Assembly: GCA_002499545.1 (NCBI GenBank)
Contig: DAME01000004.1
Location: 15,577 to 79,576 of the forward strand
Reading direction: 5' to 3'
DNA length: 64,000 nt
From: Euryarchaeota archaeon UBA88
GTDB lineage: Archaea; Thermoplasmatota; Poseidoniia; Poseidoniales; Poseidoniaceae
In this document: positions 27,601-35,276 of the stretch, piece by piece
How positions within the stretch are numbered: the stretch's first letter is position 1
Layout: every line of letters begins with the position of its first letter
Notes under the pieces: model-generated
Seen by the model: the letters and a program-made list of their open reading frames with translations, nothing else
Databases searched by the model: none
Told to the model about the DNA's origin: nothing
Translations under genes and position numbers: made by a program

Positions 27601-30398
27601 AAGCCGTCCCGATCAGCGTCCCAATTAGCATCTTCGGCACGATTCGGGTCCAACGTCCAGTTATTTCCTCCAGTAAAACTCGAACCGACCCATCGCCGAT
27701 GTTCGATTTCCCAACCATCCGGCATTCCATCCCCGTCACTGTCAGCGTTGGTGGGGTCAGTCCCCATGTCAGGACTGGAAAGAGCAAGGTACGTACTGTT
27801 CGCAGTCAATGTAGCGTCGTCGTCGCAAATGTATTCCATTTGCACTGAATAGTGACACCAGAGAGTAGTTGATTCGTAAAAGAATCCGAAGTACTCTTCA
27901 CCGTCACCAAGCCCATCACCGTCTGTATCACCAGCAGAAGGGTTGGTAGAATTGTATCCGTTTTCGGTCGTTGAAGTATAACGGAATTCATCGAGGTTCG
28001 TCCAAAGGCGTTCCAAAAATCCGTCATCGAGTTGATCAAGATCGAGTCCGTCGCCATCGGGGTCAAACAATGCGTCCCAAGGATCGGTAGGATCCAGGCC
28101 ATTCGCCACTTCCCAACCATCGGGCATTCCATCATTATCCGAGTCGTTTGCTCCGGGGTTCATGAGCTCTAAATTTGCATAACGACCAGGCGATGAACCA
28201 GCATACACAGTCGTATTACCGTCAAGCAACATCGTATTCAGCGCCACAATCTGCCCGTAAATTGGTGCTTCATCTTGCATCCCATAAACGGCAGAATAAT
28301 CACCGTCAATGGCCCATGTACCTCGTTGACTTCCGACCAAGATTTCATCACCAGTTGGATACAATGAATGGATGTTGTTGTACTCGCGAAGGTACTTCCC
28401 CTCGATACCAGGATGCTCCAAGAGACCGCTGTGGGAGATAGAATCGTCAATGATATTCAGCATGTGCACTCCGGAGGGTGTGCCGAACCACAACACTTGG
28501 GCGTTCGAGGAAGACGGGCCATCGAGTACCAGCGTTCGCACCTCAGCAGGATTAGCAACCATTCCAAACGACAAAGAACGTAGTTGGTCGATTTCTGTTG
28601 GATACGGGGTAATCTCAGTCGAGTAATAGAATCGCCATGACGGCTCAAATTCACCGCGTGCAGTGGATGTTTCGCCGATGAGAAGACCGTGATTTGTACC
28701 TACATATAGGGTATTTGCACCACCACCTGCAGGACCATGAGCGAGAGAGGAGACAGTGGAATTTGAAAGCCTCAAAGCCGACTCAAGACCTGTCGCTATC
28801 GAATAGATTTGGGAGATATCCGTGGAGGAAGTGACGTCAAACACCGCCCCTTCACCTGCAGAACCTAAGCCGAGAATCTGCGTGCTCTGACCCTCGACAT
28901 TGAGTTCAGTGATGGAAAAAATTTCTTCAGTCATCGACCAGTCCCATGTAGAAAGTTCTCCAAAGTCACCATTCGCTTGTATTGGAGCCGTAATCAGTCC
29001 GACATTGGATGCGAACGCCATGGCGAACATTGAGCCGTCAATTGAAAGAGGAATCCCCTGATGGAGTTCAACGCCTTGTGGCATCCAGTGGTCATAACTC
29101 GACATCGCAACATGGTCAATGACGGTTAATCCGTACCGAGTTGTAACGTACATCATCGATTCATCGACATCGATGTCTCGAACATCATGATGTATGAGAC
29201 TCACCGTGTCTGAGTCCGCAATAAATGAAAGAGGCATCGAACTCGAGAGTGCGTCAATGTCTCCGAGGGGAACCGTTTTCAAACCTGGAATCACAGAATT
29301 ACCGTTGTCTTCATGCACGAAGTATTCCTGAAGAGTGGACAAAGCCTCTCCGAAATCAAGAGCAGTGAGAGTTCGACTCACGTCCGGCGAGATACCCCCA
29401 TCCCTATTGGCGTCCCATCCATCGAGGTCCGGGTCAAGCAAAGCGTTGGTCCGGTTCAAAGGTTCAAGTCCAAAATGAACTTCCCATCCATCCGGAATTC
29501 CATCACCAAAGGAAGGGAAAAGACGACGCACGGAGAATCCATCCCAGTGATATCGGTCTGAATCTTCCAAAAGCGGGTCAGTTCCCAGCCATAGGTCTTC
29601 ATCGAGCACGTTGGTTGCATTCGTTGTACAAGCGGCAAGAAGATTCTGGAACGTTGCATTCGGTCCAGTAGGAATGTACGGCCAATTCTCGAACACTGAG
29701 CCGTCAGGGAGTGAGGCAGAACACCACAGACCGTCAAGTTCAGTGGTATGGTACGACGGAGCACCTTGGATATACTCTTCAGGCGAAGAGTAACGTTCAG
29801 TTGTCGATAATACACCATCTCGATTTACGTCAAACCCGTCTTCGTCGGGGTCATCGTACAAATCCGAAGCGTTTAATGGATTGAATTGTGGACAATCGTA
29901 TCGTAGAGTGATAGAGTCATACCCTCCAATTCGCTCACACATGTAGACTTCATAACCATCGGGCATGCCGTCACCATCGGTGTCTGAATTGCGTGGGTCA
30001 AGATAGGATCTTTCACCTTCACTGTCCACAATACCTGTCAAACCACGCGGAAATCCAGGAGCGGTACAATTTGCCGGATAGGGCCAACAATACTCTTCGG
30101 TAGAATTCAAGCCATCTCGATCGTTGTCTACAAGTGCGTCGGAGGCGTCGTCATTATTCATGCCGGGGATGATGACTTCTCTGCCGTCAACACTCGTCCA
30201 ATTCATCCATTCTTCGAACAGGTTTTCATGGACGTCAGGGATTTTGTCCCCGTCGGTATCCGTCGAAGGCGGCTTGGAACCATCGGTCGTATCTGGGTGG
30301 AGGTTTGAGACGGGTGAAACTGCTGGGAATTGAGACATAAACAGTAAACTTGCAACGACTGCAAGTGTTGTTAGAAGAGTGGTTAAACTTCGTCGCAT
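24645..30398 (-). CDS. Giant secreted calcium-binding-repeat protein (about 1917 aa) with thrombospondin type 3-like repeats and a central beta-propeller
   Basis: I count more than 20 D-x-D-x-D-G-x-x-D type motifs by eye, for example DSDGDGMPDGWE, DSDNDGMPDGWE, DTDDDGMYDGFE, DSDGDSLPDGWE and DADRDGLANLCE. The central region (about 28170-29300) has repeated xxGTxxGL blades (LYVGTNHGLLIG, LWFGTPSGVHML, ILVGSQRGTWAI, MYVTTRYGLTVI). I see no C-terminal TM. The start is uncertain: GTG 30485 (ORF track), ATG 30440/30437, or ATG 30398 (MRRSLTTLLTTLAVVASLLFMS, the best signal peptide). Confidence 0.7.
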   Translation of the reverse strand: MRRSLTTLLTTLAVVASLLFMSQFPAVSPVSNLHPDTTDGSKPPSTDTDGDKIPDVHENLFEEWMNWTSVDGREVIIPGMNNDDASDALVDNDRDGLNSTEEYCWPYPANCTAPGFPRGLTGIVDSEGERSYLDPRNSDTDGDGMPDGYEVYMCERIGGYDSITLRYDCPQFNPLNASDLYDDPDEDGFDVNRDGVLSTTERYSSPEEYIQGAPSYHTTELDGLWCSASLPDGSVFENWPYIPTGPNATFQNLLAACTTNATNVLDEDLWLGTDPLLEDSDRYHWDGFSVRRLFPSFGDGIPDGWEVHFGLEPLNRTNALLDPDLDGWDANRDGGISPDVSRTLTALDFGEALSTLQEYFVHEDNGNSVIPGLKTVPLGDIDALSSSMPLSFIADSDTVSLIHHDVRDIDVDESMMYVTTRYGLTVIDHVAMSSYDHWMPQGVELHQGIPLSIDGSMFAMAFASNVGLITAPIQANGDFGELSTWDWSMTEEIFSITELNVEGQSTQILGLGSAGEGAVFDVTSSTDISQIYSIATGLESALRLSNSTVSSLAHGPAGGGANTLYVGTNHGLLIGETSTARGEFEPSWRFYYSTEITPYPTEIDQLRSLSFGMVANPAEVRTLVLDGPSSSNAQVLWFGTPSGVHMLNIIDDSISHSGLLEHPGIEGKYLREYNNIHSLYPTGDEILVGSQRGTWAIDGDYSAVYGMQDEAPIYGQIVALNTMLLDGNTTVYAGSSPGRYANLELMNPGANDSDNDGMPDGWEVANGLDPTDPWDALFDPDGDGLDLDQLDDGFLERLWTNLDEFRYTSTTENGYNSTNPSAGDTDGDGLGDGEEYFGFFYESTTLWCHYSVQMEYICDDDATLTANSTYLALSSPDMGTDPTNADSDGDGMPDGWEIEHRRWVGSSFTGGNNWTLDPNRAEDANWDADRDGLANLCEYQWSLVRGAATEGLLFESHGESVNSSLEWFEADPNNIDSDGDSLPDGWESGGSCTWDPSRTGVNPLNASDAFENPDGDGYDINHDGILQDSEAFVNYLEFHVRSNLFLNNQTLSGETLPNGFTTDLFDNISLQGEPEATFGERASGAVTALQSVTSVGASDPLNADSDNDGMPDGWEIWFARWDVLADEWTLNPLDPVDRWQDADDDGMANWEEYNAIAPEYSETNANRSAPQWFVTTVGSAFALQQWPGNAVESSFGSFITSDQINRSGWTADPNNVDSDGDGMIDGIEQLFTSWNLTAQTWTLNPLVAGDGNFDGDGDGLIDSKEFALANSSPENGIDHPSDAPLLHIDGDVQQPTEKAQRVFNILITKETRGKRLLADFNDWQAGVPPNPILSMLLGMTDPTNPDTDDDGMYDGFEYWFTVWDLEENRWSMNPLIDSDVNLDTDGDSFDCDGDGNLSMDERFTNLREWESRTWGKYLDRFSVPTSIGIMDFGTDAIEAYVEEQGLSYIEARQSLYNDFVSKSQASADRMDMINEFDENNFNSTLLGVADPTSVDSDSDGIEDGWEYCYATFGMDDVTTENHWAANPLNPWDVNYDGDHDGWYDRTSFDIPAVQGTWDGREFSQSTAVIQPGIGDLPFTNWMEWDNQTRPDLNDSDADSVSYVTTVSNGLVTSHTQDFNLSDGREVFKYGINPSDNDTDGDMLPDWFEYAKAWNESNDNFSSFLQIKVVWIDASTGGACTTATNSCLPLSQQGSEGILSRPDLAFTWFTMNPADPIDANYDPDEDGNWDCSGAGCVYEPYTNFQEFYAITDSDLSSPNAVRLSGLIHDGQIVTEWWQLRASLLKLDDTGASSENYLKMDQSSSNDIRFAYIVDDRDTNFLVIDSSNDVVHLAGNRTDAWEIYYTGSPNSAPVRDVGEHEYGWYLLDLDDDHIAEGTDPTNWDSDGDWLVDWFEVHDDEEDGIRGDSSPIRYDSRQTG

Positions 30399-30630
30399 TC
30401 CATGACCTGCCCACAAAGCGTACGCTTCGCAATACATCATCCCTCTCACACCACTTATGAGGATGATGGAGCGATGTTCGTACACGCCTTCATTGATTCA
30501 CTCCTAAAATACGGATTTTTCTTTGACCTACGATGGATGGTGATGACCCACCCCCTCCCAAATGCAACTTCTCCAAGCGAACCAAGCGGTGTCTTCAAAG
30601 GCCTCTCGCGACCGCTGTGACATCGATACC

Positions 30631-31449
30631 ATGGGCATGACGCTAACGCATCTCGGAACTGGAAGTCGTGGAAATGCGACGCTCCTTGAAACCGAACATG
30701 CCAAAGTCATCATCGACCAGGGTTTTAGTGGAGTTCAATTTGAAAAGCGGCTCGGAAGAATGAACCTTGAACCCACCGATATTGACGCGATTTTCATCAC
30801 ACATCACCACGGAGACCACGGCGGAGGCGCAGCACTGGCACAGAAACGCTGGAGCATTCCCGTATGGGCCAATAAACGGACTGCTGAAGCCCTTGACCTC
30901 GACACTCAACTAACGAACTATTTTGAGGCCTTGGACATGATTGAAGCTGGAAAAGATTTGCAACTTCTTCCAGTACCCGTACCGCACGCCGATTCAGATA
31001 ACGTTGCGTTTGTAGCGAGCCATCATGGTCGTCGAGCAGCGGTCATCACTGACCTGGGTTCTTGGACCGATGAATTGGTGACACATGTGCGGGGTTGTGA
31101 GCACATTTCAATCGAAGCCAATTACGATGAAAAACGGTTGATGAACGGTCCGTATCCGTACTCGCTCAAAGAACGAATCAGTGGCAGAGGAGGTCACCTT
31201 TCAAACGATCAGACGGGTCAATTTTTGTCACTGGTCTGCACACCTGAGACAAAGAGCATAAGCTTAACTCACCTGTCTGGAAAAAACAATCTTCCACACC
31301 TCGCAGAATCGACTGTTTTGTATTATATCGAGGAAGTGTTTGGCGGCGATATATGGATTTGTGGTCAGGACGGGCCGGAACAGTCTCATTACATCGCCCA
31401 TGATGAATTGAAAGTAGAATTCAACGATAAAATCGCAGATCTTGGATGA
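30631..31449 (+). CDS. Metallo-beta-lactamase fold hydrolase
   Basis: LTHLGTGSRGNATLLE at the N-terminus and the HxHxDH motif ITHHHGDHGGG, with later His/Asp ligand contexts (VPHADSD, THLSGKNN). ATG 30631 is preferred over the 30562 extension. Confidence 0.75.
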   Translation: MGMTLTHLGTGSRGNATLLETEHAKVIIDQGFSGVQFEKRLGRMNLEPTDIDAIFITHHHGDHGGGAALAQKRWSIPVWANKRTAEALDLDTQLTNYFEALDMIEAGKDLQLLPVPVPHADSDNVAFVASHHGRRAAVITDLGSWTDELVTHVRGCEHISIEANYDEKRLMNGPYPYSLKERISGRGGHLSNDQTGQFLSLVCTPETKSISLTHLSGKNNLPHLAESTVLYYIEEVFGGDIWICGQDGPEQSHYIAHDELKVEFNDKIADLG

Positions 31450-31504
31450 ATACGATTTCCAATGAATCACCCCCCTATGGGGGGGTGTCAAGGTGAATGG
31501 CTAA

Positions 31505-32590
31505 ATGATACCCAGCCGTGAGGTGTCTGTGAACGCACAGCGCAAGCATTCCTCGAGCCCATCCCTTCGCAGGGATACACGGGCAGTGAGCGAAGTGCTT
31601 GGCGTAGTGATGATGCTTGCAATGGTTGTCACCATTATGGGCGGGGTTTGGATTTTCCTAAACCCCTACATTTCAGATTTCGAAGACAATACAAATTGGA
31701 ACAGCGCAACAGGTATTGCTGAACGGTTTGAAGACCGAATTGACGTAGCAGGTGGTGCTCCGGAGGGGACAGGTATCCGCCACACTCTTGCACTCCAATC
31801 AACAATGATACGGCCAATCGAAAAAGTAGAAACCTGGACAATAGCTGCTGATTTAGTTCCAAACGAACGCGTGACTGTCCGACATCTCAACACCTCAGTG
31901 GTAGGAATTTACGCCATGAATGAAACGGCTCGAAGTATCACCATCGAGACTCCGACACAAACAGAACACTTCGAGTTCAACAGTTCGCATCAAGAAGTTA
32001 CCATCAACCATACTTCATCACGCCAGCATTGGATGACGATCACCGTCTTCAACCACGAGGGGGAGCCACTTCATCGAAGCGTATCTTACATTGTTTCCGG
32101 AATACAAATCACGACGATGCTCGGTCTTGGAGAGCATCAAATCGCCCTCATGAACGATGCACGAGTTGAACGCTTTCCAAACGAACCGTGGTCGGTAACA
32201 CAGTTTCCGAACATTGAACTCGATACGTTGGTCAACGGTGAACACAGACTTTCTATGGTGCTCAATGATGTCACCATCAACGGCACACTCGGATCTGGAA
32301 ACAACATAGGAATGAACATGATTTCTCAAGGACCAATGACGCTTTTCACCGGACCTGCTTACGACGTCACCTTCACTGTCACAAACGCACTGAACGATGT
32401 CATCACACCCCAATACCACGACTATCTCCTGAACGATTATACCCTTCATCGAGCATCTGGAACGCTCGACACCTATGTTGGATACGCGCCGTATTTACGC
32501 GCCAGCGGAGCAGATGGTTTCACCGTCGAAACCCATGGAGCTCCGCTATACCTTGAAGTCGATGTGCAACGAGTGGAGGTTTCACGATGA
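31505..32590 (+). CDS. Archaeal type IV pilin-like protein (class III signal peptide), 361 aa
   Basis: The N-terminus RRDTRAVSEVLGVVMMLAMVVTIMGGVWIFL matches the archaeal pilin N-terminal pattern (basic residues, small residue, VSxVLGxxLMLAIxV). AGGTGA lies 8 nt upstream of the ATG. The stop overlaps the next start (ATGA). Confidence 0.6.
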   Translation: MIPSREVSVNAQRKHSSSPSLRRDTRAVSEVLGVVMMLAMVVTIMGGVWIFLNPYISDFEDNTNWNSATGIAERFEDRIDVAGGAPEGTGIRHTLALQSTMIRPIEKVETWTIAADLVPNERVTVRHLNTSVVGIYAMNETARSITIETPTQTEHFEFNSSHQEVTINHTSSRQHWMTITVFNHEGEPLHRSVSYIVSGIQITTMLGLGEHQIALMNDARVERFPNEPWSVTQFPNIELDTLVNGEHRLSMVLNDVTINGTLGSGNNIGMNMISQGPMTLFTGPAYDVTFTVTNALNDVITPQYHDYLLNDYTLHRASGTLDTYVGYAPYLRASGADGFTVETHGAPLYLEVDVQRVEVSR

Positions 32591-34797
32591 ACATCAACCT
32601 TCAACGCGATGAAGACGCAGTCTCCGCAGCTGTTGCAACGGTACTTCTGTTTGGTGGTGTTATCTCCATCATTGGTCTGATGATGGTCTCAATGATTCCG
32701 GTCATTGAAGAATTGGAAGGTTCCATTGAGCGGCACGACATGTCGTCGCAAATGTCGTTACTCGCCCACCAAACCGCTGCACTGAGTGAAACTGGCATGC
32801 CAGGAGACTCCACAGAAATTGAACTCATTCCGGTCGATGGACAATTGAAATGGAACATGATGCAGAGCAGCATGTGGTATTCTGCAACCTGGGCAGACGA
32901 TACCACATTCAGAGTCCAAGGTGCCCTCGATTATGATGATGAATTGAGTATTCGCCATCCTGAATCAATGAACACTGCCGTGTGCATTGACGATTTACGA
33001 TTGGGTCCTGCTAATCCGTATATCTTCACCGTGCCCAATTGGGTCGAAGGAGCAATCATGACTGCATCACCAGGACTGGCACTTCCGCTTGGACCAATTG
33101 AAATCGAAGTCTGGAACGAATTTGGCCGCCTATCACAACACGAACTCATGGTGGACGGCGTCCTTTCATTGGACCTCGAAACATTCGACAATATCTCAAT
33201 CCAGTCATCGCACATGCTCCACATGCTATACTCGCAAGGCACGGGTGGAACCGCTCTGATGACACCGAATGACCCAAGTCCAATCGACAGCACTGGCCGA
33301 TCATGGTCGATTCCACTTCCTGCAGGATCCAGCCAAATCCACGTTATCAGCGAACAAGCAAATCAGATTGTCATCTCAAATGAATCAAACACTGCCTACT
33401 TCGCACTCCCTAGTTCACAAAACCAAGTCGGTGTGGCGTTCTCTCACCAGTTTGAAACTGCCGTACAGAGCGTTGTTCACATCACTACCAGCACGGATGC
33501 GAGGATTTTACTCCAAACAAATCTCGACCTCGAATCTGGAAAAATGGCCTGGCCGAGTACAGACGGTCACTATCTTGGCCATTCGTTCATCACCCCACCA
33601 CTCGAAGGGGAAATGACATTCACAAACCCCGGAGCAGAAAGCGTGACCATCACGTGGAGAGGAGGAGGTTTGTCTGTCGCAGCAAATCAAAGCATTGGAT
33701 TTTCATGGCCTCCAGCAGGAATTAACGGAGCACCAATGCTTGACGCAAACGGAGATATTTCCGTTACATGGCAAGCAAACACCAATGGTTCTGGCGTGAT
33801 GTTGCAGTCCGCAGATGATACTGGAGCGTCATCAGGAAAGCAGCACACATTCCACATCCAAGGCGAACAAGACCATCATGCGGAGTTGTTTCGTTCCGGC
33901 ACCAATGCTGAGTGGAACCTCTCGGGTATAACAAACGCTAACGGAACACTGATCGATTCGACATCAACAACAGCAATCAATCTCTCTCAAGGCTCAAGCC
34001 AACTGAGAGTCGAAGACGGTCACCCCTTGCGCATTCACCTACGTGCAGGAACAAACGGGCTCATTCAGGCAATGCATGACGGAGCGCAACGTTGCGTGGC
34101 CATCAATGTTCAAGCCAGTGGCTGGATCTTAGCAGAACTACCCTGGCTGTCAATGAGTGGTAGAAGTGAAGTTGACCTCAAACGAGCGTGGGCTTCAGGA
34201 ACACACCCAGCCAGCATGCAAATCTCCCTTCTTGGTGTCAGTGGTGCATCAAACTACGCAACGCTCGGTACTGTTTGGGGATTCCATCTCTCACGCCTCA
34301 GTTACGAGTTTTCCTCATCGATCATGGGGATGGAAGTGGCATTCGTTGGCGGTGCTGTCGTGACGAACCATCCAGAGTTTGAACCCTACATCGTGGAGGC
34401 ACCATTGGATAGGGGTGGGCCCGGCCCTCGCTTTGCTGCTACCGTTCCATCACTCCATCCAACTGCGGATAGTGTTCAAGGAGCCGGTACCATGAATGTC
34501 GATATTGAACTAGTTGACCGGTCGTCATTGGCCTCAGCTGTCGCATATGAGGTTCGACGAGGCTGGTCAAGTCCGTACGGCGTTGCAATAGCCGACGCTT
34601 CTGCGGATGGATTAGAGTCAAGTGAAGATTGGACCATCTACCCCGGTCGAATTGACTTACTCACCGATTATGTTGGATGGGTTCCTGACCCTTCGTACGC
34701 CACATCAGAAGCCATTTGGCATACCAACGGCGAACCGATTCAATTCACTTTGCAAATGGCAGCTCTCAACGCCCACATGACGGAGGCAATATCGTGA
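32587..34797 (+). CDS. Large pilin-like / class III signal peptide protein, 736 aa
   Basis: The N-terminus QRDEDAVSAAVATVLLFGGVISIIGLMMVSMIPVI is a charged stretch followed by one hydrophobic helix. The rest of the protein is beta-rich. GGAGGT lies 6 nt upstream of the ATG. The start overlaps the previous stop. Confidence 0.5.
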   Translation: MNINLQRDEDAVSAAVATVLLFGGVISIIGLMMVSMIPVIEELEGSIERHDMSSQMSLLAHQTAALSETGMPGDSTEIELIPVDGQLKWNMMQSSMWYSATWADDTTFRVQGALDYDDELSIRHPESMNTAVCIDDLRLGPANPYIFTVPNWVEGAIMTASPGLALPLGPIEIEVWNEFGRLSQHELMVDGVLSLDLETFDNISIQSSHMLHMLYSQGTGGTALMTPNDPSPIDSTGRSWSIPLPAGSSQIHVISEQANQIVISNESNTAYFALPSSQNQVGVAFSHQFETAVQSVVHITTSTDARILLQTNLDLESGKMAWPSTDGHYLGHSFITPPLEGEMTFTNPGAESVTITWRGGGLSVAANQSIGFSWPPAGINGAPMLDANGDISVTWQANTNGSGVMLQSADDTGASSGKQHTFHIQGEQDHHAELFRSGTNAEWNLSGITNANGTLIDSTSTTAINLSQGSSQLRVEDGHPLRIHLRAGTNGLIQAMHDGAQRCVAINVQASGWILAELPWLSMSGRSEVDLKRAWASGTHPASMQISLLGVSGASNYATLGTVWGFHLSRLSYEFSSSIMGMEVAFVGGAVVTNHPEFEPYIVEAPLDRGGPGPRFAATVPSLHPTADSVQGAGTMNVDIELVDRSSLASAVAYEVRRGWSSPYGVAIADASADGLESSEDWTIYPGRIDLLTDYVGWVPDPSYATSEAIWHTNGEPIQFTLQMAALNAHMTEAIS

Positions 34798-35276
34798 TCA
34801 ATGGAAAACTGAAACGCGACGAGGTGGCTGCTGCAACCGAATTAGGTTACATTTTCACATTCCTGCTCGGTGTTCTACTCCTCACAATGTTCAGCTTATG
34901 GGCGTATGAAATTGAAACTGCAACCCGTGAACGATGGAATGTGAATGCGATTCAGTCGAATTTGGACGACCTTGCTGCGGCAGTAGAGCGAGCGGATGAA
35001 GCAAGCCGGATTGGATCAATCGAATATGCGGAAAAAGTCACGTGGAGACTTACAGAAGCTGATGAAAGTCGCTTAACGCTCACCCTCACGGATACGACGA
35101 TTGAACTCTATCATGAAGGAGGGGACCTGGACACCAATGTTTCGATTTCTGGAACGGGAGCTGGAACTCACCAAGGAAGTGTTTTGCTTGCTGGAGCGAC
35201 ATCGATTTGGGTCGTCCACTCCGATGGCGTGACTTCGATTCAATACGACCGTCCGCAGTCTGAAAAACAAGCCTAG
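34794..35276 (+). CDS. Small pilin-like protein, 160 aa (GTG start)
   Basis: GTG 34794 overlaps the stop of the previous gene (GTGA) and is preceded by GGAGG plus 7 nt. The N-terminus KRDEVAAATELGYIFTFLLGVLLLTMFSLWAY has the same charged-then-hydrophobic architecture. The ORF-track start at 34716 lies inside the preceding gene. Confidence 0.45.
   Translation: MINGKLKRDEVAAATELGYIFTFLLGVLLLTMFSLWAYEIETATRERWNVNAIQSNLDDLAAAVERADEASRIGSIEYAEKVTWRLTEADESRLTLTLTDTTIELYHEGGDLDTNVSISGTGAGTHQGSVLLAGATSIWVVHSDGVTSIQYDRPQSEKQA

Noticed and set aside
24645-30398. CRISPR-like or tandem DNA repeat array suggested by recurring GATTCTGATGGTGATGG-type strings.
   Set aside because: The repeats are in frame, imperfect and irregularly spaced. 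They encode the DxDxDG calcium-binding motif of one continuous ORF, so they are protein repeats and not a spacer-repeat array.
30402-30713. Small ORFs in the divergent intergenic region (72 aa on the plus strand at 30402-30620, 61 aa on the minus strand at 30528-30713).
   Set aside because: No SD, no recognisable motif, and they overlap each other and the MBL gene start. They are most likely non-coding control region.
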